Positions 28,949 through 38,939 of a stretch of 64,000 bases of DNA are shown one piece after another (position 1 is the first letter of the stretch; each line of letters begins with the position of its first letter). The notes under the pieces were generated by a model. It did not search any database. It saw nothing but the letters and a program-made list of their open reading frames with translations, and was not told the DNA's origin. The stretch comes from Candidatus Latescibacterota bacterium (GTDB lineage Bacteria > Latescibacterota > UBA2968 > UBA8231). Where the stretch lies: positions 3,328,001 through 3,392,000 of the forward strand of contig CBDCDC010000002.1 of NCBI GenBank assembly GCA_965215195.1, read 5' to 3'. The position numbers were made by a program, and so were the translations under genes.

Positions 28949-30982
28949 CTAGTATACCACGGACACACTGTTGGAACGCCGCTCAATCTCCCGGTCGGAG
29001 CGGATTTCCACTACTGCTAGGTAGATGCCCGGCGGTACTAGGCGGTCGTCGTCGCCGCGACCGTCCCACTGTAGCTCAATGCGGCCGTTTTGCACCTCAA
29101 CAGAGCTGAGCCGCCGCACGCGGCCACCGGCCAAATCGTAAATAGTTACCTCGGCCGGCGATGGTTCGAGCAAGTGCAAAACCGCATAGCTTATTTCCAC
29201 TACGTCGTTGGCCCCATCTCCGTTGGGGGTGAAGGTCCGCGGCTGGATTGCCAGCGGACCAGCCACCTGCGAGCCCACGGGAATTCGCACCAGCAACTCG
29301 TCGGTATCCTGTTCGGCTGAAGCATCCCCGCCCTCGGTCTGCAGCGGCACTTGTACGCTGGCATCGGCAAAAGCCCGCCCTTGGAAACGCGTACCATAGC
29401 GGAACACGGCCGCATCAAAGACAATTTTCAAAAGAGTGCCATCGGCGTCGATCAGAGGTAAGCCTAGGGCAAAGTGGTCTTTTTCCACCGCCTCAATGGA
29501 GAACGATCCGACGCGCAGGGGCAAAGACACACCGGCCAGATCGCCGCCGAACTCGGCTCCAGCTAGGCGATTGCCCGCCCCATCTTGGATTTCTACCGAA
29601 TGGATGGCCGCGATGCGGGCCGGGGTTTCGATTTCAAAGCGCGTAAATCCCGGCCGGCCCGTAGTATTGGCGATGCGGGCGAAGTACGTAAAAGTCGTCT
29701 GTTCGCCGACCTCGGTCCGCGGCGGTCCCACCTCGGCGATGATGCGGTCAACCGGGGGCTGTGCGGACTGGAAGCCCAAGTCGGCGACAGCGCGGCCGGC
29801 ATCCAAGCTCAGATTGGTGAAATCGATGCGGAACTGGAAGTAGCGCCGCGGTGCCGGCACAGTCAGGGGAGTGCCGTTATCGACTAGTTGCCACTGGACC
29901 CAGCCGTTGTCGGTGTCGGCTTTGATGGGGCCCCGCTGATTTTTCGCCAGTTTCTCGAAGGTTTCCTCGGTCAGCGCATTGCCCTCGCTGTCAGTGGACA
30001 CATATTCGGATTGTCGGCCTCCTACATTGGCATTGCGGAAAAAGATATCAGGCGTCGTATCCTGCCCGCTGCGCACGCGAACTTCCATCTTGGAATCCGC
30101 GCTATTGCCGGCGGCCACTTCGCTCCAAGCGATTCGGCCCCAGACCACCTCCTCGCCCAGATCCAGCACATTGGACACATAGCTGGCCGTTGGTACGAAT
30201 CCCCTGCCGTACACCTCTATCTCGTCAATTTCAAATCCGAGGGTGGAAATCGACTTGAGTTGCAGAAAGCGGACAAATTGGGGGCTGATCTGTGCTTCTA
30301 CTCTGGCCTCGCGGTTGTCCGGCTCGCGCCGCACCGGCGAGGTGAAAATGGGCTGCCCACTGGCAAAGAGGTTTTGCGGCAAGCCATCGTTGAGGAACAA
30401 CTCATATCCCCGCATGAATTCGTTCCCAAAGGGAAACGACGCCGTCATCCGCGGATAGAACGCAATCCGGTCCACGCCAAAGCGCGCACCAAGGTCAATG
30501 CGAATGGTGACGCCGTTGTTGCGCACGATGCGGCCGGCCACGAACTTGCGGTCAAAAGCTACCCGGTGGTCGCCATTGAGCATGCCCGCCAATTGCTCTG
30601 GATCTTTCTGGCTGGCATCCAGCCCTGGAACATCTATAGTGCCCCCTCGCTCGAGAATACCGAGCGAAATGTTGAAGTCGGAGCGCAAGCGCAGCGGCGT
30701 GATCCAGTTCCGCAGAGAATCCGCGCCAACGGCGAACACTCTTCCGCCGTTGGCATCCTCGATAGTTCCGAGTTGCTCGACAAAATCGATCACGCCCCCG
30801 GGTGTTGTGCCAGAATTGCGCCAAGGACGTTCGTCGCCGCCGACCGTAAAAACATCCTGTGCGCTGGTTGGGCACACGGACAGCAGTAGCAGTAGGTGAA
30901 GAAAAATTGGCGCAGGAGGGACGCGTTTTTCACGTAGCGATTGCAGCAGCTTGAAAAGGGGACCGATGGGATGATATTCCAT
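28949..30982 (-). CDS. secreted discoidin-like/FlgD-Ig C-terminal domain protein
   Basis: IDLGARFGV, EIEVYGRGF, PAPRRYFQ, FTPNGDGAND, YDLAG..VR, WDGR....LVPPGIY. Confidence 0.8.
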   Translation of the reverse strand: MEYHPIGPLFKLLQSLREKRVPPAPIFLHLLLLLSVCPTSAQDVFTVGGDERPWRNSGTTPGGVIDFVEQLGTIEDANGGRVFAVGADSLRNWITPLRLRSDFNISLGILERGGTIDVPGLDASQKDPEQLAGMLNGDHRVAFDRKFVAGRIVRNNGVTIRIDLGARFGVDRIAFYPRMTASFPFGNEFMRGYELFLNDGLPQNLFASGQPIFTSPVRREPDNREARVEAQISPQFVRFLQLKSISTLGFEIDEIEVYGRGFVPTASYVSNVLDLGEEVVWGRIAWSEVAAGNSADSKMEVRVRSGQDTTPDIFFRNANVGGRQSEYVSTDSEGNALTEETFEKLAKNQRGPIKADTDNGWVQWQLVDNGTPLTVPAPRRYFQFRIDFTNLSLDAGRAVADLGFQSAQPPVDRIIAEVGPPRTEVGEQTTFTYFARIANTTGRPGFTRFEIETPARIAAIHSVEIQDGAGNRLAGAEFGGDLAGVSLPLRVGSFSIEAVEKDHFALGLPLIDADGTLLKIVFDAAVFRYGTRFQGRAFADASVQVPLQTEGGDASAEQDTDELLVRIPVGSQVAGPLAIQPRTFTPNGDGANDVVEISYAVLHLLEPSPAEVTIYDLAGGRVRRLSSVEVQNGRIELQWDGRGDDDRLVPPGIYLAVVEIRSDREIERRSNSVSVVY

Positions 30983-31124
30983 GGTGAGAGTCGGCTCCTT
31001 AGTAGATTTCAGCCTTAGGCACCGAAGGCTGCCCTTCCCTAAAGCGCGACGTTCGTTGCAGGTTGTAGGACGCTATATATATGATGAATCAAGTATGATA
31101 AATCAAGGCGTCTGGAAACTCTAG

Positions 31125-31289
31125 GTGGAGAGCGCATATACGCTGCCTTTTCCGGCCGGGATTGACGTGTTTTTTATGTCCCATGTAATCCACGATTGGG
31201 ATGCTGAACACTGCATCAAATTGCTGCGTCGGTGTCCCTAAGCCTTGCCAGAAGGCTCGCCGGCGCTCGTGCAGGAATGCCTATGGTAG
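31125..31289 (+). pseudogene. O-methyltransferase C-terminal fragment
   Basis: Manual translation: PFPAGIDVFFMSHVIHDWDAEHCIKLLRRCP*ALPEGSPALVQE (HDW motif, internal TAA). Confidence 0.7.
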
Positions 31290-31412
31290 CGGTGTTTCAA
31301 CGGAACGACTGGGGACCAGCGCACCGGGCCAGAAATCGAAGTGCTGAGGCCGGCTTTCGCGAAACGGAGTGCCGCCCTCTCGACCACGAGCAGGGGATCG
31401 CTATCGGCTCCG

Positions 31413-31715
31413 TTAGCTGTCCTTCTGCGGTGCCAACCAAACCAAGGTCGCCCCCCAACCGCCGCCCCCTTCGCCGGCCAAGCGGAAAGTCTCCACTTCG
31501 GGCAAGCGGCCCAAAATGGCGTGGACCGAGCGCCGCAACTGGCCCGTGCCCTTGCCGTGGATGACGCGCACCTGCAAAATGCCCGCCTGGCGACAGGCAT
31601 CCAAATAGTCGGGCAAAAGCTCTTTGAGGTCGCGTGGATGAAAGGTGTGCAGGTCCAGCGTGCCGTCGATGGGCACTTCCACCGCTTCGGGCTCTTCCCA
31701 TTTTTCTTCGCTCAT
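31413..31715 (-). CDS. Smr/MutS2 C-terminal domain protein
   Basis: LDLH, VIHGKGTGQLR, GGWGAT. Confidence 0.9.
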   Translation of the reverse strand: MSEEKWEEPEAVEVPIDGTLDLHTFHPRDLKELLPDYLDACRQAGILQVRVIHGKGTGQLRRSVHAILGRLPEVETFRLAGEGGGGWGATLVWLAPQKDS

Positions 31716-31772
31716 CGTCCTAACTCTGGCCCAAAAGCCTGCGCCCGTGAAAACGGGTTTGGTCGTCAGTGG

Positions 31773-32930
31773 TCAGTAATTTGGGTCCGTAGGGCGTGGG
31801 GTCTGGGCGCGAAGCTCCGTAGAGCTGATATCCATCCTAAAGGGCACCGGCGCGAAAAGGTCCGCGTATTGTGCCGGTACATCTATATCCGCTAAGGTGC
31901 GGTACGCATCTCCATCTACTCGACCAGCAACCCAAAAGCGACAGCCCCCAGCGGCAAACTCCTTTAGGGCCGCAACCACGCCCCGCTCCTTTTCATTATA
32001 ATATCGGCCCTGCAAGAGCCGCACGGCCGTATCGTACCCAATTGCAAAATGGCAACCGCCGAAAAGTCGGGCCTTCTGCACAAAGGTCGGTGCCCGCGTC
32101 ACCACCACTGGGAAGCGACCGCGCATTTGCGCCAAGCGCTGCTCAACCTCGCTCCTTTGCAGGGGCGGCTTATCGACGTTTTCAATGGACAGCTCCAAGC
32201 TCGGCCGCCGGCCACTTAGCTGTCCCGTCGCAGCCGCGAGCCGCTCGTGTCCCTCGTGCAGCGGGTTGAAAGACCCGGACAAGAGCAGGCGCTGCCCGCG
32301 CTCAACCTCGGGCGCGAGCACCCCATCGGGACGCATCTCGACGACGTCCAACTCGCCCGCAAACAGCAAGCGCAGCGGATCGTCTAACGACAGCGTCCGC
32401 CGCGAAAGACGCGCGCAGTGCGGCAGCGCTGCACCAGCGACCGGGCCGCCGCAGACCTCCACTATGGCCTCCAAGGCCAAGCGGCTCAAGACCTCCTCTT
32501 GCTCCAAGCGGGCGGCAGCACCCTTCTCAAAATGCAGGGTGTACAAGCGATAGGCCCCCTCCAAGCGCAGCGCGATGCAGCCCCGATCCGCGCCGCGCCG
32601 CAGCCTGCTCGTCGCCAGAGCCGCACTGCAACCCACGCCGAGGCAGCCCGGCCCCGGCTCGGCAAGAGAAGCGGCCCGCACAAAGGCCCGGCCCGCCATA
32701 TCCCGCGCCGTTTGCTCGTTTGCCCGATGCGGCCCTAGCGAGGCCAAATACGCCGCGAGCGCTCGCTCGCTATAGGGCACTTGGGCTTCGACGATTGCGT
32801 GCGAGGCCCCGGGGTGATTCAAGAGCCAGCTAATGAGTTCGCTGCCCCCGCCGGTGGTCGCGATGGCCAGCCGGAGGCCGCTGTGCAATACGGCTTCGAC
32901 CTGCGCCCAGATGTCGCCGGAGACGCGCAA
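31773..32930 (-). CDS. CinA-like domain fused to HxGH nucleotidyltransferase (NadD-like)
   Basis: TGGG...PGAS N-terminal domain; GSFNPLHEGH, GYDT, DISSTELR. Confidence 0.75.
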   Translation of the reverse strand: MRVSGDIWAQVEAVLHSGLRLAIATTGGGSELISWLLNHPGASHAIVEAQVPYSERALAAYLASLGPHRANEQTARDMAGRAFVRAASLAEPGPGCLGVGCSAALATSRLRRGADRGCIALRLEGAYRLYTLHFEKGAAARLEQEEVLSRLALEAIVEVCGGPVAGAALPHCARLSRRTLSLDDPLRLLFAGELDVVEMRPDGVLAPEVERGQRLLLSGSFNPLHEGHERLAAATGQLSGRRPSLELSIENVDKPPLQRSEVEQRLAQMRGRFPVVVTRAPTFVQKARLFGGCHFAIGYDTAVRLLQGRYYNEKERGVVAALKEFAAGGCRFWVAGRVDGDAYRTLADIDVPAQYADLFAPVPFRMDISSTELRAQTPRPTDPNY

Positions 32931-32936
32931 GCCGCT

Positions 32937-34352
32937 CTACCCCGCGAAGAAGTCGAAGGCACTGCGGAGGCCCCAGCCCGTGAGGAAGAGGCCGCTGACC
33001 AAGTTGAGCACTCGCAGCGGCCACCCCATGCGCAGCGGTGCTGGCAGGAAGCGGCGATCGGTCCATACCATCAGCAAGCACCACAGACCGCAGGTGAGGA
33101 CCCCGCCGAAGATCGCCGCTGGCGTCACGATCGCCACCGGGTTGCCACCCATCCACATAATGGCGACGCCGCCCACGCCGCAGTAGGCCACCACCCACGG
33201 CCGCAGCCGGGCAACGGGCACCTCGCGCAGCCGCCGGACAATGGGCCGGAAGCACTCGTACGTGGTGCGCGTATAGAGCTCGTACGCGGCCATAATGGTG
33301 CCAAAAAACGCGGTAAACACGCCCAATTGGTACAGATAGACCAAGGCTGGATGCAGGAGCGTGAGGAAATCGGCCTGTACCGACAGCAGCTGCATCCCCT
33401 CCGGCACGATGTGCTGGGGGCGGAGCACGGCCGCGCCGAGCACCACAAAGGCCATGGTAAAAATCACCACGCAGACAAAGGACACTCCTGAGTCCACCAG
33501 TGGACCCCGCAGCCAAGCTCGGCCCCGGGCCATATTTTTATCGTCGGGCGCAATGGCCACGCCCTCCTCGGCGGCCTCCACGTTGCGGCCCAGCAGGCCC
33601 CAAGCCTTCTCCCGCAACATGCCGATGTAGCCGAAGTAGTCCTGTGTGCCGCCGCCGATTGCACCTAAGTAGGTGCCCAGCTCCACCCAGGCCGAGCGCG
33701 CCGCCACGGCCGGATACTTGCTAATCAGCCAGGGATCATAAGCGGGCATGGTCGGCACGACCGAACCTAGCAACACCGCCAGCCAGTCGGGCTGGGCGGC
33801 CGCAGCGGCCGTCAGGATCGAGAGCAGCAGGACGCCGACGACCACAGTCTGAAATTTCTCGAGCGCACCATAGCTCTGCACCATGGTAATGGCGATGGCC
33901 AAGGCGACAAAGGCCGTGCCCCACACGCGGGGGTCGCCCCATATCGCCAGCCCCTCACAGCCCAAGATCCACACCATCAGCCCGCCGAGCATCTTGGGCA
34001 ACCCCGACAGCCACAGCGGGAAGCAAAGCGCGGTCAGCACCGCCATAACCCACACCACCCAGCCCTGCGGCCCAGGCAAAAACTTCCAGCGTTCGAGCGG
34101 GTGTTCTCCCGTCAGGGTCATGTAGCGCGCCGCCGTATAGACTTGCACGAACTTCATCAAGCCGCCGCCGATAAAGCACCACAGCAGGGCGTAGCCGAAC
34201 ACCGCTCCGCCCCGCGAGGCAAAGACCGTCTCACCGCTGCCGATCGTCACCGAGGCGATGATGGCGCCCGGGCCAAAAATGCGCAGCATAGCCCCCACAC
34301 CGCGCGCCTGCATGTCTTCGCTGAGCGCGGGATAGCGCCGCACCTCACTCAT
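32937..34352 (-). CDS. NRAMP/YcsG-like (APC superfamily) transporter
   Basis: FGPG.I......GSGE, GA.FGY.LLW; about 11 hydrophobic segments. Confidence 0.75.
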   Translation of the reverse strand: MSEVRRYPALSEDMQARGVGAMLRIFGPGAIIASVTIGSGETVFASRGGAVFGYALLWCFIGGGLMKFVQVYTAARYMTLTGEHPLERWKFLPGPQGWVVWVMAVLTALCFPLWLSGLPKMLGGLMVWILGCEGLAIWGDPRVWGTAFVALAIAITMVQSYGALEKFQTVVVGVLLLSILTAAAAAQPDWLAVLLGSVVPTMPAYDPWLISKYPAVAARSAWVELGTYLGAIGGGTQDYFGYIGMLREKAWGLLGRNVEAAEEGVAIAPDDKNMARGRAWLRGPLVDSGVSFVCVVIFTMAFVVLGAAVLRPQHIVPEGMQLLSVQADFLTLLHPALVYLYQLGVFTAFFGTIMAAYELYTRTTYECFRPIVRRLREVPVARLRPWVVAYCGVGGVAIMWMGGNPVAIVTPAAIFGGVLTCGLWCLLMVWTDRRFLPAPLRMGWPLRVLNLVSGLFLTGWGLRSAFDFFAG

Positions 34353-34681
34353 GGAAGCATCTCCTCTTTTACCGGTGGATCGCCCATAGAGAACCTTTCA
34401 GAGGACTGCCGTCTGGACGACGGGAAGCGAGGCGGCAGTCACCAGTATTGGCGACACATGGAAGCGTCCCTGAGTACAGGCCGATACAGGAGAGAATGTC
34501 ATAATGCGACGCTCTTATCAGTGGCTCGGTGCGGGCCGTTGGCCGTCAACGTGGACGCAGTAAGGTCGTGCGTAGGCCAAGAAGCTATCCGCCTTTAGGC
34601 GATAGTAGTTCACAATATCGCTCTGGCTATTGTTTGTCAAACACCCGCAGCACAACCATATTTTTTGCGAGAGCTCATCCG

Positions 34682-35518
34682 ATGAACATCGCCAAAGCCA
34701 TCGTGCCGGTAGCCGGCCTCGGCACCCGACTCCTGCCCACGACCAAAGCCGTGCCCAAGGAAATGCTGCCAGTGGGCCGCCGGCCGGTCATCCACCACGT
34801 CGTCGAAGAACTAGCGGCTGCTGGCATCCGCCAAATCCTCTTCGTCACCGGGCGCGGCAAGAGCGCGATTGAGGACCACTTCGACGACAGCGACGCGGGC
34901 TACCGCGAGCGCGGCATTGAGTTTTTCTCCGTGCGCCAACCCCAGCCTCCCGGCACCGGTACTGCGGTCGCCGCCGGGGAGGCCTTTGTGGCCGGCGAGC
35001 CTTTTGTCGTGGCCTTTGGCGACAGCATCGTGCGCACCAGCAGCGATCGCCCCCTGTTGCAGCGGATGATCGACTCGCACCTGCGCCATCGCTCGTCCGG
35101 CACCATCGGCGCGTACGAAGTGCCCGCAGAGCAGATGCACCACTACGGCATCTTGGTGCCCGAAGTGGCGACGACCGGAGATGCCAAGCTGACCGCGATC
35201 TTAGAAAAACCAACGCCCGCGCAAACCTTTAGTCGCTTGGCCGTTAGTGCGCGCTACGTGTTTTCTCCGGCCATTTTCGCCCACATCCGCGCCACCGCGC
35301 CCGCTGCGAGCGGGGAGGTATTTCTCACCGACGCAATCGCCGCCCTCATCGCCGCCGGTGCCCCGGTGCGCGCCGTGCGCTTGAGTACCGACGAGCAGCG
35401 CTGCGACATTGGCAACCACCTGTCTTATTTTTTGAGCTTTATCGATTACGCGCTCGACGACCCAGAATGGGGGGCGCAAATCCGCGCCTATCTGCGAGCA
35501 AAACTAGCCAACGGGTAG
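34682..35518 (+). CDS. galU: UTP--glucose-1-phosphate uridylyltransferase
   Basis: KAIVPVAGLGTRLLP.TKA.PKEMLP, EKP, LTDAI; stop codon lies inside the IS TIR. Confidence 0.85.
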   Translation: MNIAKAIVPVAGLGTRLLPTTKAVPKEMLPVGRRPVIHHVVEELAAAGIRQILFVTGRGKSAIEDHFDDSDAGYRERGIEFFSVRQPQPPGTGTAVAAGEAFVAGEPFVVAFGDSIVRTSSDRPLLQRMIDSHLRHRSSGTIGAYEVPAEQMHHYGILVPEVATTGDAKLTAILEKPTPAQTFSRLAVSARYVFSPAIFAHIRATAPAASGEVFLTDAIAALIAAGAPVRAVRLSTDEQRCDIGNHLSYFLSFIDYALDDPEWGAQIRAYLRAKLANG

Positions 35519-35546
35519 TGGTCTATTTTGAAGTCTGCCTGCCCGA

Positions 35547-35924
35547 TTAGCCGTCATCTTCAAGCTGTTTTATCCCGGCTGACAAATAGTTTCTGAACAC
35601 TTTTTTGGCTTCATGTCGAAACGCTTTACAACGGATTTCGTTCTGGAGCACGGGGAAATTTTTGTGGGGATCGCCTTCCAGCGACTTTATATAGTTCGGC
35701 GCACTAGGGGTTACGTTCACAATCGTTGCCGGACCTTTATAATACTGGCGAATTTCCCCTACATCTTCCCAGCCCCACTGTCTTCGGAAATTGCCCGATC
35801 CCGAGGGGCTATTGTCTAATAGTCGATATATTTGAAGTATTGTTTTTCCCCTCTTGTATTTCCTCTTGCAATCAAATCGACGGACTTGCTCGCTCAAGTC
35901 TTGGATAATAGCTTGGTAGTCCAT
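35547..35924 (-). CDS. hypothetical passenger protein (basic, low GC)
   Basis: 125 aa ORF with AAGGAG RBS, inside the IS1-family element. Confidence 0.55.
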   Translation of the reverse strand: MDYQAIIQDLSEQVRRFDCKRKYKRGKTILQIYRLLDNSPSGSGNFRRQWGWEDVGEIRQYYKGPATIVNVTPSAPNYIKSLEGDPHKNFPVLQNEIRCKAFRHEAKKVFRNYLSAGIKQLEDDG

Positions 35925-36047
35925 TTGAACTCTCCTTGTGTGCCTGAAGTATAGCCACAGGTCTACTCCTTTTTGAAATTCGTTCGAGGATCGACTAATC
36001 GCGTTGCGGTCTCCTTTTTTGTATCGTTGTGATATGCCTCAGTCTAA

Positions 36048-36890
36048 GAGCCTATACGAAAATTGATTTTCTGTTGATACAAAGGTCTTGGCGACCTACG
36101 CTTTCCGTACCATTTACCCTCAACCAAGAGGCGGAAAGCCATGGCCACCAAGACCGATTCGCCGGACACAATCTGGCGTATCCCGGATGCCTTGTGGCAT
36201 CGAATCACCCCGATTCTGGGTCCGGAAAAACAACCCGGCACTGTCGGACGCCCGTCCACGCCCCACCGCGTCCTCTTCGACGCGATTTCCGACAATGGGT
36301 GAAACAAGGCGTGTTTCTCCGAGCTTGGCAGACGCTGCTGCACTACTATGATACGGAAGTGGGTATTGCTTGGGAATGGCAAGCCCTCGATGGGGTGATC
36401 ACCAAAGCGCCGTTGGGCGGCCAAGCGACGGGTCCGTCGCCGGTCGATCGGAGTAAACAGGGCACCAAACGGTCGGTGTTGACCGACCAGCGAGGGGCAC
36501 CACTGGCGGTGGAAATAACCGGAGCCCATACACACGACAAAACGGTGGCACGGGCGACGCTGGATGGCCTTGTCGTGGAAAGACCCAAGCAAGTCGTCTA
36601 TCGGCTGCATCCTCGGTGTCTGGACACAGGCTATGATTACGCCGATGTGATCGAAGGAGTTGAGCAACGCGACTATCACCTACACTTAGCCAAAAGGGGA
36701 GCCGACAAGACCACTCGGCGCGGCCAAAAGAACCATTCGGCGCGTCGATGGGTGGTTGAACGAACCCATGCTTGGCATAATCGGTTCCGTCGGCTGTTGA
36801 TCCGATGGGAGAAGAAGAGTACCCATTACGAAGCATTCATTCAGGTCGCTTCGGTGCTTATCATTTTTCAAATCTTCGAACGGTTGAAAG
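36048..36890 (+). mobile_element. IS5-family element remnant (left TIR plus deleted transposase)
   Basis: TAA then TIR GAGCCTATACGAAAATT; ATG 36141 MATKTDSPDTIWRIPDALW; QALDG, DRSKQGTKRS.LTD..G.PL, LDTGYD, RWVVERTHAW..RFRRL; internal deletion and frameshift. Confidence 0.85.
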
Positions 36891-37480
36891 TGCACCAGCG
36901 GGTGTCAATTCCCTTGGAATACGTGGCTCTCGGGCGAGCGGGCAACTCGGCCACGTCCGATCAGATGCACCTGTTGGATCAAGCGTTGGGCTATCTGCCC
37001 GCAGGGCACTATTGTCTGTTGGCCGACCACGAGTTTATCGGTGGGGCGTGGCTTGGGTATCTGCTCAAGCGCGAGGTGGATTTTGTCATTTGTTTGCGTT
37101 CTAATCACACCCTTAAACGGGCTGACGGGCGTACCCTATCCTTGGAGCGGAGCACCCGCCGCCAAGCCCGAGGCATCACGCGGGTCTATCAACAGGTGCA
37201 GTTGTATGAAGGCTCCAATGCCGTCTCCGTTCATCTCATCTTATATGTCATCGAGCGGCCAACGGCTGTTTCTGGCCACCACTTTCGACGATGTGGTCGC
37301 GTTGTATAAACAGCGGTGGGCTGCCGAGACAGCGTTTGGGTTCCTTAAGTCCAAAGGCTTTGATTTGGAAGCCACGCATTTACGCACATCCAAGCGGGTC
37401 GTACGCTTGGTCGGCCTGCTCGCCCTCGGCGTACTATGGACCCTGTGCGTCGGAGAGCACCTACATCAACAAAAAAGCCT
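36890..37480 (+). pseudogene. IS4-family (DDE_Tnp_1) transposase fragment
   Basis: IPL...L...GNS, LADHEFIG..W, then after a frameshift YKQRWAAETAFGFLKSKGFDLE.THL. Confidence 0.75.
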
Positions 37481-37508
37481 TGACGTAAACACAATAGTCC
37501 TGTATTAT
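37480..37508 (+). promoter_or_regulatory. sigma70-type promoter for the passenger lipoprotein
   Basis: TTGACG-17nt-TATTAT. Confidence 0.6.
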
Positions 37509-37554
37509 CTCCGTATGTAGATTTGATGGTGAGTGGACAGATATTTATAACAAT

Positions 37555-37588
37555 TATTCTAACATTCTAACTATTCTAACATTCTAAC
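37555..37588. repeat. 2x 17 bp repeat (four ATTCTAAC octamers)
   Basis: TATTCTAACATTCTAAC at 37555 and 37572, followed by a T-tract and the RBS. Confidence 0.85.
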
Positions 37589-37622
37589 TATTTTTTTTGC
37601 CAAGTAGAGAAGGAGAAACGAC

Positions 37623-38342
37623 ATGCTGATGCTCTTGATTATGGGCCTGATGACCCTTTTTCTGGCTTGCTCCGAACAGAATAACCCCGTCAAGCAGTCT
37701 GGCCTGGCGGGCAAGGCTATGCAAGGCGATTGCGACACCAATGGCGACGGCAACGTTGACTTATTTGAGTTCGCGGCCTGTAACGAAATCGAGGTCGGCA
37801 GCAGCGGTCAAGCTGCGCCAGCGCACTGCGATACCGTCGCGCAAACTACGCCAGCGGATACCGTCCCATGGCGGTCGAGCTTTGGCTTAGAGTTAAGCAA
37901 TTTTACCATACACGACAGCCTTATTTGGACTAGCTGGGGAGGTAAATATGTCGAATTCAGCTTGACCTTAGCCAACCGTAGTAATCAACTACTCCTAAAC
38001 AACGTAGTTGATATTGAGGTGTACAAAAACGGCGAAAGAATGGGGGATGGTAGCGTTAAAGTAGAGTGGGGAGACGGAAAGTATGCCCGAAGATATGGCT
38101 ACTTAAAACCGGGGCAGACATTTGACTACGTAGGAGCCCGTCTTTGGCTTAGATATGGACTAGATGAACTACATTGGGATTGCTACCGCATTGAATTGTC
38201 GGCATGGCCCATAAGGGAAGAAATCAATTGGTCAAAAGTAGAAGAAGAAATCGATTGGTCAAAACAGGAAGCGGAAACAGTGCGCGAGATTTTGCCGGCT
38301 TCCACGTGTAACAAATGGGACCTACCTAAAGACACTCGTTAG
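37623..38342 (+). CDS. putative lipoprotein with EF-hand/dockerin-like loop
   Basis: AAGGAG RBS, FLAC lipobox, DTNGDGNVDLFEF, beta-rich C-terminal domain. Confidence 0.65.
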   Translation: MLMLLIMGLMTLFLACSEQNNPVKQSGLAGKAMQGDCDTNGDGNVDLFEFAACNEIEVGSSGQAAPAHCDTVAQTTPADTVPWRSSFGLELSNFTIHDSLIWTSWGGKYVEFSLTLANRSNQLLLNNVVDIEVYKNGERMGDGSVKVEWGDGKYARRYGYLKPGQTFDYVGARLWLRYGLDELHWDCYRIELSAWPIREEINWSKVEEEIDWSKQEAETVREILPASTCNKWDLPKDTR

Positions 38343-38567
38343 AACTTGCGCCCGTCCAGCGCAGGCTCGAGACCAACATTGATTCACTGTAACCAACATG
38401 CACATCTGGACGGCCTTTGATGTGCATGTGCCTGCGCTGAAACGCCCTGTAACCCCCATTAACGCATTGGGGTCGTTCAGACACCCGACCCCCAGACTAA
38501 CCAGCTACTTTTCCGCGGATCAATGCTATATAGGAGATTGGCGCAATATGTTACTGGCTTCGACTAA

Positions 38568-38690
38568 GAGCCTATACGAAAATTATGTCAAACGGTCGAC
38601 AATTCGGACTTGATTGAGGCGCAATAGGTAAGGAAAACGTAGATTGCCAAGACCTTTTTATTATTAGGAAATCAATTTTCGTATAGGCTC
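38568..38690 (-). mobile_element. 123 bp MITE derived from the IS5-family element
   Basis: 17 bp TIRs GAGCCTATACGAAAATT, TAA on both flanks; reverse complement resembles the first ~80 nt of the element at 36048. Confidence 0.9.
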
Positions 38691-38939
38691 TAAGCCCAAA
38701 CGACCACGCGACACCAACCAACTGGCTCACACGGTTGTCCACGAGGCGATAGACCGTGTGGAACAGCGATCAATCTGCCCACCTCCACGCCAACCACGCC
38801 AACCACTCAAGTCCCGTCCAAAAAATCGGGGACTATCCTTCTGACTGGATCGCCCCCTTACCGCGTGTGATACGACAATACAAACTATCTTTCCCGCACG
38901 GGTCGCCTCCCTACATAATCACCGCATTAAGTCAACTTA

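Noticed and set aside
36029-37309. 426 aa ORF as an intact novel transposase fusion
   Set aside because: It is a chance in-frame join of a deleted IS5 transposase and an IS4 fragment, with no valid start.
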